Source: Tubiluchus corallicola
Lineage: Eukaryota; Animalia; Priapulida
Length of the DNA: 64,000 bases
Assembly: GCA_030141605.1 (NCBI GenBank)
Contig: JAQGDQ010000191.1
Span: forward strand, 124,001 to 188,000
Reading direction: 5' to 3'
Positions 42,933 to 56,021 of the stretch are shown here, piece after piece (position 1 is the stretch's first letter; each line of letters opens with the position of its first letter). Position numbers and translations under genes: made by a program. The notes beneath the pieces were generated by a model. It was not told the DNA's origin, did no database searches, and saw only the letters and a program-made list of their open reading frames with translations.

Positions 42933-43070
42933 GACACGCCAATTAACTTTACTATACAATATATAGAGTAATATGTGCGCTTGCGCAGAGGCCGTATAGT
43001 GAACCTTATAGGGAATTGGTAATGCAATGCCCTCGCTATTGCGCCCGCCATTACTCTCCACTTTTGGCCA
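42929..43070 (-). promoter_or_regulatory. Actin core/proximal promoter (Inr, TATA, CArG-like, CCAAT)
   Basis: TATATA at ~-33 (42965-42960), CArG-like CCCTATAAGG (43013-43004), CCAAT (43019-43015) and a second CArG-like box (43058-43067). Confidence 0.8.
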
Positions 43071-46000
43071 TGGTGTGGGTGACTCCACTCCAGTAGTATA
43101 CTTGCATGTTGACTGACAAATAAACAGATGTAGTTCACCCAGCTGTGTTGCCTAAGAGAAAATGATAACAGACCTGAATAGAATAAAATATGACAGAATT
43201 TGAACAATACATTAAATTATAATGAAGCTTAGCAGAAGTTTCAGAACGCAATTAATGATTTAACGTTGTTATTTTTGTGTTTGTAGATTTTAATTACTAA
43301 CGAGTAACGACAAAGCTTAAGTGTAAAAGGGAAAGCTTTACAACAATCATCAAGGTTAAAAGCCTAAAACAAATTAGAAACAGTAAAAAATTACTGTTAC
43401 TTTGATGTCGTTACAGTTACTTCAGTAAGTGCCTAATATAGCTTATTTGTAAAATACAAGCATTTTTAGTCCTATGTGTGGCAACATTTTTTATCTTTTG
43501 CTTGACCAAAGCAACGCTTAAAACCAAAAAAGAGTTAGCTACTCATTTCAATTATTTGGAAATGGAGCAGTACAATTTCCAGGCCATATTAGTAGTACAA
43601 CAACCCAAGAGTAACACGTGATTACGCCTAAACCATTATATTGCCTTTTGACATTGTATCAAGTATAAGAGCAACTTTGTTTCAATTTTCAGTGAGTTAA
43701 GACTGTGTTTTATCTTAATTAAAACTTTTATCAACTTCAATATTATTTTGAAGCGGTTGGAAGCTACGTATCTAGGCATTGTAATTGTCATGGCTTACGT
43801 TCAATTCGTTTATTTGTTTATCTACTTATTTGCTTGCTTATTTATTAAATATTCAGTGACTGGCTTATTTATTTCCTATGTTTGCCTTTCGTTAAAGGCG
43901 TGTATTACTTCTGTTTTTGCATGCACAGTGTCAAGATAACAATAGTTTGGTAAAACGAAACTTCATTTAAAAGCCTTGCTCTATATTTTTGCTGCCATAA
44001 ATCTTTTAAATTTAAATGGAACATAGACGTCTCCACATCCACATCCTATACAACTGACGTCACTTCCTGATTCAGTTATAAATTTGCAGAGCGCAAGAAT
44101 TTCTAAACAGGAACTTTAAGACGGAAATTCAACGCCATGTTTCCTTCCTTAACACTCCCAACATGAGTTATTAAATTGATATTCCCAGGTGAAAACAATT
44201 ATATTTAGTAGAATGTGAGAGATTGTAAAATGGAAAGAAAAAAGAACAGCAATGTAATAAATGCTGTTAGCAAACTAAGTAAAACGACAAAATATGGATC
44301 TAATTTTTGGATCAGACAGTATTGATTCCTCGTGTAGTTACGTATTAACCTTGGGTAACAGACTAGTGCTGCTTATTGAATCACTTTAGTGGCTTCCTTA
44401 CATTTCGTTTGCAAAATGCAGCAAAATGTTAGTTCAGCCCTTTAATCAGAATTTGCTGATACCGAGTCTTCAATAAATTTTCAAGGTCAATGAATTTCAA
44501 GCATCCTAGCACACGCTCTGCAGAATAACGAGCGGCTAGGTTTATTGAGAATGTAAAAAAGCAACCCAGTCCACAGTCCACATGTGACAGTCCTGTCCAA
44601 AATTGGTTCTTTCGCTCATACAAAAAAGCTGAAAAATTCTACAGTTTTTACAGTTCGCTATGCAAGCTAAAATCCAGCAGTCAGTGACTGAACATTCTTA
44701 ATGCCCTAAATCTGACAGGAACGAAACCTGTCTAGTTGTCAATACTAATTCTTATAGCAATCAGTACATGTATTTTCACTCCCGTTTGGATTTGAACATA
44801 TCTTCCCTCAACGGAGGTAAACAGCCATATTCGACAGGACGAATCAAACCACGTGTACCCAAAAGGAACCAGTAACCCATATGTTCACTGACCATCCTCT
44901 TTTGCTATCTCCCCCTCCCGTTATATTTCAGTGTTCCTATTTTCTATTTGTTGTATTTGATAGCTAGATCTATCTTTGAACTAGATTAGTCGGTATCAAT
45001 CTATTGTTATAAGGCAACCTGTCAACAATTCTTAAATGTACTACTTGTTAAAACTGTCGACGTCTTCAAAGCTACAAGCTACAGCATATCTGTACTGTCG
45101 GGGGCCCCAGCAAAATAATCACTGGGCCTCTATCATTTAAAGATAAAATTCTGCAGCTTACTGACTCACTTTAATATTTAAAATCAGCTCTCACAACTTG
45201 TTTTGAATTTTTTCATGATTTTGTGAAGTCTGGTGAAGGTAATTATGCCCTAATTTGTTCTTCACAGCCAAAAGCGCCTCTATAATCCATGTCCTACTAC
45301 AACTGCAGGGCCTGCGGGAACGTAATAACACCACTTGGTCAAAACCTTAATTTCGTTGTTTCAAGTTGTTTACAGCTTACAGGTTGTTTCAATTGCAAAT
45401 AACGAGTAGCTAAATCCTGTAGCAGCTGTAAAACTAATTTCCGTAAAATAGTAAAATAAGCAATCATTATTATACGATGACTCAGATATCTGAAGATCTG
45501 ATTGCAATTATGATAAATGATATGATTGAATGAATCATCCTTAGTAGATTATTCGTCAGTCTTGTTAGAGGTTCTGCACAGCAATAGGGTACAAAGCTCA
45601 ACCTTTAGCAATTGAAACAACTGCGACATAGTTTTTTAATTTTTTTTTCATAATTGCTTAATTTCATAATTCGAATCTCTTCACCACCCTGCTTCCTTAT
45701 TTTGAACAGGGGTGTGCCCCCAATAAGCCCCATTCAGTACGCGTAAACAAACAAAAATGCATCTAGTTGTCATTTATTTTGTTAGCTTCAGTTGAATTCA
45801 CTAATGCCCTAGCTAGTTGGGTTTGTGAACAAGAATCTTTCATAGTCATAGATACCTTAGATCCACTCTCGTGGAACGCTCAACAAGACAGACAGCACAC
45901 CAGCAGTTTTTTATTGTACCTGTACCTACAGCAAAAATGACGACGACGACAGCACTAGCTGGAACAACAATTTGAGCCTATTCTTGGAAGGTGACAAACA

Positions 46001-47771
46001 ATGAATCATACTTCCGTTAATTTATGCGAAATAAATCTGCTACATTATATAACTATAATTTTAATAACATTTTTAGAATGTTAGAAAAAAATAGTGATAC
46101 ACTGAATAAAAAACTGAAATGTTCTGCCAGCCTGAGTTGCGTAATAATAATAAATCTTGCATTACAATATGCAAAGTAGAAGTCAGAAATTATGAAAAGA
46201 ATGAGTGAAAATTACCCGTTCGCGTCACTTTTAATAGTAGATATCAGAAAAGCTATATTTTCAGTTTCAGTATTTTTCTGCACATTAAAAACTTAATGCG
46301 CCGGTCGTTAATCTGCAGTGACGGTCGATAGATTGCCTTGTTGCGCATTACATGTAAAGTAGTAAATTATAAAACGCTTAAAATCCCATAAAATCGACTG
46401 CATCAAGACGATAGTTTCTCACAGGTACATTATGCGTATGGTTGCTGTATCGTCTCACGCAATAAAAATCGATATTTTGATTTCCTGTGCAACGGTGGGA
46501 GCTAAGACATATCGACCGAAGTTCAGCAACATTAAGCTTGGTCACTAAAAAGATGGACTTCGTGTTACGACAGTTTTTTCAAAACCACACCCTAAATATC
46601 CTCTAAAACAGAGCAAGTACAAGCCCCTTTTAAATGCAAAGGTAACCAACTAAAATAAGGAATTGTTTGTTACATCTGATTCTCAAAACTACTGCGCGTG
46701 ATTGATTAAGGTAGTAACCTATTGATCTTGATTGCTGACTGATTGACTAACTGGCTCACTGACTTGACTGATTGACTCCACTGATTAATTACCCGAAGGA
46801 ACAGCTGGCCAACTAGCTGACTAAGTGATTCACTGACTGACCAACCAACTGTTTAAAACCTAGTTTTCAAAAGCAGATGTTATTTCTTCCGTGATCTACT
46901 TTTGGAAATTTCGTTTATTGCAGCTAGGCGGTGCTATTCTTACGGCTCTAAGTTGACTTCAATGCGGGTGATTTCAATGCAAAACGAATTTCTGAGCCAG
47001 TATAACTCACGTATTCGTTCATTGAATTTTTGACTATGCCCAGTGCACTGACCAATTTAGTAATATCCACTCGATTGTAGTTGACAAATGTGACTTGTTG
47101 GGCGAAATTTATGCGGGGGGGGGATTCTATTTCGTCTTAATAAAAAAATAAAAATGATAATCATCTGATGATCAAAGCTAGGCGAATGAAGCACGGAAAA
47201 CCAGTGCATAACAAAGGAGCAGTAAAGACTTGCGCAGCAATATTTTTTTTTCTATCGAAAATTATAACTGTAACAATATTTAATAAGGGTACTATCTCAA
47301 AATAATATAAAAAATCGTCAGGTCCGAGTCTTACTAATAAATGTGAAAGTTTTGAATCATTTGCTCAGAAAGTTTTGTATCATTCTGACACCATGCGCCT
47401 TGTTTTCCTCGCTTTTCTGACTACTGTTACAGAATATAAACAACAAGCCAGAAAAATTCAGAATTTTCTCTCGCGGTTTATGTAGTTTATTGGACACCTC
47501 GTTTTAGCTGTCGGAAAGTGCCAGAGCAGTAAAAGCAAAACACTTTTACTCATGAGCCTGAAAAACGCTACTCTGCTAATTTTCATGTTGGGTAAATCGT
47601 ACACAGTTTTAAGCATTTTAATGTTATAAACTAACATCAAATAGGGGGACAGAGATGTAACAAATCAGTTACTAGCCAAGCAAGCTTTATGTATACGCCA
47701 TTCATTTAAGCTCACGTTTGCATACGAGTGCGTACGAAGTAGGACACCCCTCTCCCATTATTATACGCTTC

Positions 47772-47819
47772 CACGTGCTACGCTTCATGATCCTTATATG
47801 GAACCAGTTAGCAGGAAGT
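47772..47819. promoter_or_regulatory. Candidate distal SRF enhancer (E-box + perfect CArG + ETS core)
   Basis: CACGTG (47772), CCTTATATGG (47792-47801) and GGAAGT (47814), ~4.9 kb upstream of the actin TSS. Confidence 0.45.
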
Positions 47820-49585
47820 ACGAAGCCAGTTCCAAGAAGCGGGGTTGGTACAATTATTTAGAGGGATGGGTAGATTTGTAGCCGCGCGTAAGTGTACAAG
47901 CTCTTGGCGTAGTTCTCCTTGACTGAGCAGCTATATTTGGTTTTCATGCAAAAGCAACTTGTGTAGAGTCTATAGAGTGATTAGTTTGCTGCTGTTATAT
48001 TATAGTATCTGGTAAGCAGATGCCGGACAGGACAAGTGCCAGTTTACATAATTTAGAAGCAACCCAGAAATTGCTTGAAAATGTATTGCTGCAATCTTTA
48101 AGATCACTGGCTTTCTAATTGTCAACGTAAGGAAAAACTGCAACATTTGTCAATTCAAACACTCGGCTCCTTAGGAAATAATTCACTTTTACATGCGCTA
48201 CAATAATTTTATAGATTAGAGCTCACAGTTAGTGGCATTTGGAAGGAAGTCTGAAGATAATTAGATGAAACATATCTGTAGTACTAGGTTCTACACCTTG
48301 TTTTCTTTTAGTTTTTGGAAACAGTCTCCCCTAACCTATCGAGAACATAAATAGACTTTTGAAATTGACGTTACCTTTTGTAGTAGAAGTTAACTTTTGA
48401 GTTAATTATTGAAGTTTCGGTTGCAATGGTTTTAATAGCAAATACCCTACAAAGCCGAATCCCGCAGCATGACATTACGACATTATTAGCTTTTACTTGT
48501 GAAAGTTACAAGTTTCTAGGATTAGTAAGTTCTAAGTTAAGACCGAAAAATTTCTGTATGTTAAAAATTTAAATACCGTCAGCTATCAATAACTGACAGA
48601 TAACCGCATTGACGTATAAAGCATTCAATGCATGACAGCAAAATAATAAAGAAATCAACTAATTTACATTTTCGATCTTCACAACAGAAAATAATGTACT
48701 GATAAAGATTTGTTGTCAAGAAGAGATACCACTTAATCCTACGAATGACGGTATCTGGAACTCTTTCAAAGAGAAAGTGTACATCGGCTGAGCCGAGACG
48801 TTTGATGCAAAGGACCTAACGACAAAAATTGTTGAGTGGCAGGACCTAAATGTCCTTGAAAGAAATGAGAAACTGTTTCTTTGGTGTCAGTTGTGAAAGA
48901 AGCGCCTTCGTCTATTTTGCAGTGAAAATAGTGGGCAGATAGAGTATTGCCGTAAATTGTAACATTAGTGAAATACAGATTTTTGTTAATTGTTATATTA
49001 TGTTAATTTTAATTTGAAATGTTAATTTAAAACTTCTGTATCTTTGGAAAAATCTAAGTGAACGACATAAAACTTTTGGTGTTTATACATAAGTGTCTGT
49101 AACATTAGCGTGGCCAATTTATTATATTACATAATTTGCCATAATAAGCAATATAAGGTGATATAAAAGTAAAAACATCTTAAAATAATGAGATTATGGC
49201 AGACAATCAATTAGTTTAACCGTGTGTGAATAAATTAAGTTAAAATTATATTGTTATAAGTTTGTTCGCAAAAACAGTTTATTATAACAAAGGCAATAAT
49301 AAGTTTTCCTCCTAAACAGAAATTTAACTAGTCAGGATAGGTATTTGGTCTACTTATGGCAAATAATGTCAACATTTCATTACATTATTAATATTCACCG
49401 TATTAATTATACACGGTTTTATATATAATAACAAGAATAAAGCTCCTGTACAAGCTTTTTTCAAACTTTATTTCCGGTTGTGGACGAAACTTTTATAAAT
49501 CATTGTTTTTTACAGTTCATTAATAATCGTGTCATTTAGCGACTTTTGGCGCCAAGCAGTGTTTCCGGCAACCCAAAGCCATATA

Positions 49586-49779
<194 letters not shown>

Positions 49780-49964
49780 CGCTTTATTTTACAAACATAA
49801 ACACAAGTACAATTAACAAATCACACACTTAAATAAATAAAGCATACAGGAACACGTCATATGTTTTGGTGTAAATTAATTATTATAATCTTAATATCAA
49901 GATTATTAGTGATGATGTTATAAACCCACAATTAATTTACCAATTTTGAAAGTTGGAATGCAGT

Positions 49965-50027
49965 CTTTATTTGAACCAGGGACTTTCTGCTTACATTGCA
50001 AACGCGTTAAAGCTCTAGACCACCGCA
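49965..50027 (-). mobile_element. Degenerate tRNA-derived SINE head
   Basis: Minus strand GGTGGTCTAGAG (A-box-like) and GGTTCAAAT (B-box-like) at tRNA spacing. Confidence 0.35.
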
Positions 50028-53000
50028 TTTCCCAGTGGTGAAGACAGTCTTAAGTTTATCCCTCATAAATGACCAATCAAATTAATCAAAATAAAAAATT
50101 TATTTAACTCGCTAAAATCACTCTATTGTAAGCGATTTAACATCGGAAATGCTGAAGCTGGTTGGTCAGTTAAAAGGGATGAACGTTGGTAGTTTGGACT
50201 GCCTTGACCACTAGAGATTGCGGTGGCCAAGCTGGAATGCGGTGAAATTAAGTAACAAGAAAAAATCAACGATACACATAGTGTTAATATATTGTTATAT
50301 AAATTTAAAAAAACTTCTATAACAACATATAAGTCGCAAAATTTTTACACTTAATGTTTCGATAAATTTGTGATGTCCCCTCATGACAGAGATTAATTTG
50401 TCATTTTTGATGTAGAAAAGTCAAAATTCCCAAAAAGTATTTACTTCCTGTACCCTCACCCTAATAAACAATAAAATGTTTCTTTCACGAATTCATCGAA
50501 GTGGCAAGTCAGTGGTCAACTTTGCGCACAAAGAAGCAAAATTTTTATACTAAAGAAATTTTATTCATTTAATGACACACAGGTATGGAAAGTTAACGCC
50601 CTTTTTATACAGAATCTCTTTTTTCCTTTCTAGAAATTCCCCTTGGATTTTGTTAAGTACTCGATTAGTTTCTGCAAAAAGATTGACAACGCAAGTCCGC
50701 AAGATGTATTAATTAGTCATATTCTTTATTTTAGGATTGTTTATTAATGTTGGAATAAACCCTCAGTTGTTGAATTTGAAGTAATGTAAAAATTTGTTTT
50801 TTTTTGCTTTTATTTACGCAAACAAACCGCAAGTGCCGAATGAGGAAAAAGTTATACCAAATAAGAAAGTATACTTATAAACACTGCTACGAGTTATAAT
50901 AGGTGCAACAGCTTATTCGTATGAAACAGTCTAGCTTTCAGAGAGAAAAAAAGAGTAAATTGGTTTTGCATAACACGCGAGTCGAAAATGATGAGTAATT
51001 ACTTCCTTATTTGAACATCGTTATGCCGGTAATTGCCCGCTAAGTGCTACTAACCACTAGGTATAAACCTGACAGCCGGTATCATTTCATTTATATCAAT
51101 GCTTGTTAACCAATACATCTATTTTAAATTTGGTATCACAGAACTAACTGGCCGTGCCCACTTATTAAAATATTTAGTATTCACCTACGCTGGTGGATGC
51201 TGAAACAACAATCGTAGGCCTAATGGGCGGGTAACCTTTTTTATGTCAAGTTACGTGAAACGGCCAATCGCATTCGGTAAGCCCTGTTTAGGCTGTCGGG
51301 CATCCACGTGAATGAATCTAGACTATCGGCATACATTCGACTATCAGGCATCCCGATGGAAATTAAATTATGCTTTGCAGCAAAAGCAGTGAACATGTGT
51401 AAAAAAAATCGGACCATTGATTGGGTAAATCTGATTGGGAAAAAGTCATTGGAAAGCGCTTCACTCATTCACGACAAAAAGCATCTAAACGCGCACTAAT
51501 CATCGTATCTTGTATGCACATAAACAACTGTTTTGGTGTGAATAATCTGGAAATTTGGCATTTGATCTTTGGCATACTATTACTGCAGTATGAGAATAGT
51601 TCTTTCATTTACGTGAATTTGTTTTATGCGAAACTTTCATAGACGGAGAATCATTACGGAACATTTTTTGAGTATCCATATCAAGTGAAAGTCACTTTTC
51701 AGTTTGGTCTGCTTAAATCGAAAATTTAAATCCGGTTGCTAGGAACAGCGGTTTATATATTAATAATCTAAAGGGCAGCCGCTTTTCCCATTTGACTGAA
51801 TAAAATGTTCTGTTTGTGCAATTCAGAGTGGCATAAAGGGGCTTGGCAACATTTGTTGCATCTAGTAATCTTTACAGCTTCTGCTACAGTATTTTTCTAT
51901 GCTTTGTTTCATGCCAAAAGAGTACAGTTGCTACAAAAATTATTATAAAGCAAAAGAATGACATCATAATCGTGAAAACTATTGAATTTCATTGGAAGAA
52001 ACAGCAACTAAAAACCACAGTGACAACTGTGATGTTATGCAAAATGGACATTTGAAAAGTTAAATGTCTTCAAATTATTTTGGCTTATAAATACGTTCTA
52101 TAAGTAAAACATGATCGAATTCAAGTTAGATATTTCTTAGTATTTTGATTTTATTGTTTGTCTTTGTTGCAATTTTTATTTACCTGAGTTTTGGTTATTA
52201 TGTTTAATGCTGTTTTTATTTTAATTCTTCGGTTCATTTGCTTTCAGCTCTTTATTATAATTGAAGTATATTGTAGGGTTATTAATTTTCTCAGGATTTT
52301 TCGCAATATACAAAACGTCATTTGTATGAGTATTTATATAATCTATCCTAAATATAATGTTGTAGACGTGTAGCCGCTGTTGTCGCAGACGCGAGCTTTA
52401 GTTTGTTTGCAAATTAATTAATTTACAGTTTATTACATGCTGATGATTGTTTTTATTGTTTAACTTCGCATTAACGCGGCAGTATTGCTACGATAAGGCA
52501 AGATAAGACGAGATGAGATATATTTATTTACCTCCTGCAAGTTTAACAGCACATAGAACATTCAGTTATTTTTAAAATTTAGTAAAATGAAAGGTATTTT
52601 GTAGTATTATATTTAGAAGGAAATATAGTTAGTATGGAGAAACGGCGGCGATACAGTCAACTAACTGAGCCACCATTAGCTGGCAGTGTTAAACAGTGCC
52701 AAATCTGTTAGTTTTTCCAAGTTTACATAACTGTCTGAGTTGGTGCTGCCACCTATTAATCAGTTTTGTTGAATCCTGGATTATAATTGTTGCCCACTCT
52801 ATAATTTTAGAACTATGAACTATAACACTTGGCTTCTTGAGTTGATACACAGTAGTTTATCATTCTATGTTAGAAAGGGCAGAGAGCAATGAGACCTGTC
52901 TTGAGTTAATTACACAAGTGACAAATGTATGTAAAGCTAACTTTCATGAAATAAACTCGCTACTTTTGTTGACTGATGTTAACCTTCATTATTTGGATGG

Positions 53001-53599
53001 ACTTCATTGCTGTGATTGATTATTGATCATTAGAATAAATATTGGCCAGCATGTTAAACAATTTCATCAGTTCGACCAGCATGCTAATTAATATGTCGTT
53101 GTCTGTTATAATGAGGTTTCCTGCAACATTCAAACTTCGCATAACTGATTTAAGCTTCACGATAGTTGTAGCCACATAACCATGATAGAAATTGTGTTGG
53201 CCTAAGGTGTAGCATATAATAAAGAATATAATAATAATGATAATGATAATGCGCCGATGTGCCACAAGCGTATGATGGATTATTCTAAAGTTGCGATTCC
53301 TAAATAATTTAATTAATTGATTTGCAAGTTGGCAGGTTACCTAGAGACTCGCAATACATTGGCATTGCTAATTCTCATAATTAGTTTTTAATTGGTTTTA
53401 ATAAATATAACACTTTTATGAGTTTTAAAATAATTGTAATTGTTGTTTTTGCGATTCTATGGTAAATGCCAAGGTTGTTTTCAAATAGTCACCACAAAAT
53501 TTTGGTGCGTCATTTGTTAGTTTTGGCATTTTTATAATGCGCTCTTGTTTTGTACTAGAACGTCCAACCTGAGACTTAATTTCATCAGTTTCAGCACTT

Positions 53600-54190
53600 T
53601 AACTCTGTAAGCGCAAACTTTTAAGGCCAATCTGTCTCCCACTTCAGCCGTTGGAGGTCGCGCTCCATCCTTTCTGTGGCGTATTTTTAATTTATTTTTA
53701 TCAAAAGTAACGTTAAAATGTTTGTACAGCTGAAAATCTCCCCAACTCCAGCTTGTTACTAGCTTCATCTGTGCTTCGGTAAGGCTGGCCCTGTACGCTG
53801 ACTTACGAACATTTAACGGGCAAAGTAGCGTTAGGTCGTTCCTCTGCCCGGCAAGTAGTTGGCTAAGTAGAACTAATGACTCCTCAAATCGTTCGAGTAT
53901 CATAACTACGTCAAACTCATTCTCTATCATTTTAATTATAGAATTTATAGCCATACTGTTTCTTTTATCTTTTTCTTTCAAACCGAAAATGAATAACATT
54001 AAGTTGTGCATCTTCAAAGTTCTAGCCGATATTCTGTCGCTATATTCGTCAGGATGTTGAATAAATGTTGAAAAATGGACGCCAAACTTTTCTGACCAAC
54101 CATTGTAAGTATAATATGACTCCAACATCGTTGCGGGGCGTCGTATTATAGCGATAAATTTTTCATTAACAACTTCTGTTGGCCAGGAAT
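53600..54190 (-). pseudogene. Galactose-3-O-sulfotransferase (Gal3ST family) pseudogene fragment
   Basis: Reads FIAIIRRPATMLESYY (3'-PAPS-binding motif), then FDVVMILERFEESLVLL, LNVR and W..DFQLYKHFNVTF. The family-typical continuation YATERMERDLQRLK lies in a different frame (53683-53621), indicating a frameshift. The N-terminal KTHKT 5'-PSB region was not found. Confidence 0.8.
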
Positions 54191-54199
54191 CTTAATTTT

Positions 54200-54498
54200 T
54201 TAATTTAGAAGAAAACACCAACGACAATGTAAAAACCCGCATTCTTTTATTGAAACGATTCGAGCAAACTTCGCCAATCTTCAGTCAACTCCAAAAATCC
54301 TATAAAGCAAAAATTCACACTACAAACCTTCATACCTGACGGCTTTGTAGGAATTCGTTTATGCAGGAAAGAATGTTATGTTAATATTGGTTTTATAGCT
54401 TTTGTAGTTACGTACTTGCGATGGGCGAAGTTCGCTAGAAATGTTTTAGTAAAAGGATGTGTTTTTACAATGTCATTGGTGTTTTTCTTCTTAATTAA
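54200..54498. mobile_element. Foldback/MITE: ~300-bp imperfect palindrome with TTAA-like ends
   Basis: Left arm TAGAAGAAAACACCAACGACAATGTAAAAAC...AACTTCGCC...CTATAAA matches the reverse complement of the right arm (AAGAAGAAAAACACCAATGACATTGTAAAAAC...AACTTCGCC...CTATAAA) over ~130 bp. Confidence 0.8.
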
Positions 54499-54956
54499 TC
54501 ATTATTTTGCATCATAAGCTCACTGGATAAACAGAAGATCTAATACAGTGGATTTATTACGTCGCTACTGGCAATATCATTATTTAACATTCATAACATA
54601 TTCTATTGCATACCTCTGTATATATATATATATATAATAACCCATACCACCGAAATTAATATATACGATGTAATAATATGGAACACAATGGCCTGCTTCG
54701 TAAATAAGGAGTTCCAAGTTCAACCTTATCTTCGGTCCACAGTTCGCAAAACATCTGAATTATCCCTAAATGACATGAGCAGCTACTGAGCATATTTGTA
54801 GTAACGCAAAGTTAAAGCAAAGAAAGAAATGTGTCGGTGAAGACATTATTGTGAAACATTGGGACTAGTGGCGTCCTCGTGGGTGAAAAAAGTAAACTGC
54901 TAGGACTTCAGTGTAGCAACGTGTATTGTTATGAAATACTGAATATGACAAAAAGT

Positions 54957-56021
54957 CTCAACAAGTGAATGTGAACGTGTGAACGGTTCAACAGGTGAAT
55001 GTGAATGCTTCAACAAGTGTATGTGAATGGTTCAACAAGTGAATGTGAATGGCTCAACAAGTGAATGTGAATGGTTCAACAGGTGTGAATGCTTCAACAA
55101 GTGAATGTGAATGGCTCAACAAGTGAATGCGAACGTGTGAATAGTTCAACAAGTGAATGTGAATGGTTCAAGAAGTGAATGTGAATGGCTCAACAAGTGA
55201 ATGTGAATGTTTCAAGAAGTGAATGTGAATGGCTCAACAAGTGAATGTGAATGGCTCAACAAGTGAATGTGAACGTGTGAGCAGTTCAACAAGTGAATGT
55301 GAATGGTTCAACAAGTGAATATGAATGGCTCAACAAGTGAATGTGAATGGTTCAACAAGTGAATGTGAATGGCTCAACAAGTGAATGTGAATGGCTCAAC
55401 AAGTGAATGTGAATGGCTCAACAAGTGAATGTGAATGGCTCAACAAGTGAATGTGAATGGCTCAACAAGTGAATGTGAATGGCTCAACAAGTGAATGTGA
55501 ATGGCTCAACAAGTGAATGTGAATGGCTCAACAAGTGAATGTGAATGGCTCAACAAGTGAATATGAATGGTTTAACAAGTGGATTTGAATGGCTCAACAA
55601 GTGAGTGCGAATGGTTCAACAAGTGAATATGAATGGTTCAACAAGTGAATGTGAATGGCTCAACAAGTGAATGTGAATGGCTCAACAAGTGAATGTGAAT
55701 GGCTCAACAAGTGAATATGAATTGTTCAACAAGTGAATGTGAATGGCTCAGCAAGTGAATATGAATGGCTCAACAAGTGAGTGCGAATGGCTCAACAAGT
55801 GAATGTGAATGGCTCAACAAATGAATGTGAACAGTTTAGCAGGTAAATGTGAACGGATCAACAAGTGAATGTGAACGAATCAACAAACGAATGTGAACGG
55901 ATCAACAAGTGAATGTGGACAGTTCAGCAAGTAAATGTGAACGGATCAACAAGTGAATATGAATGGATCAAAAAGTGAATGTGAATGGCTCATGAATGTA
56001 AATTGATCAACAAGTGAATGT
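54957..56021 (+). repeat. 22-bp minisatellite (~45-48 copies)
   Basis: Unit GTGAATGTGAATGGCTCAACAA, head-to-tail, with a homogeneous centre and diverged edges. Confidence 0.97.

Noticed and set aside
52560-53270. L2-like LINE remnant (similar hints at ~23760-24450 and ~30700-30900)
   Set aside because: Motif resemblance too weak to support without a profile search.
54957-56021. CRISPR-like array
   Set aside because: Units are contiguous with no unique spacers, there are no cas genes, and the context is eukaryotic.
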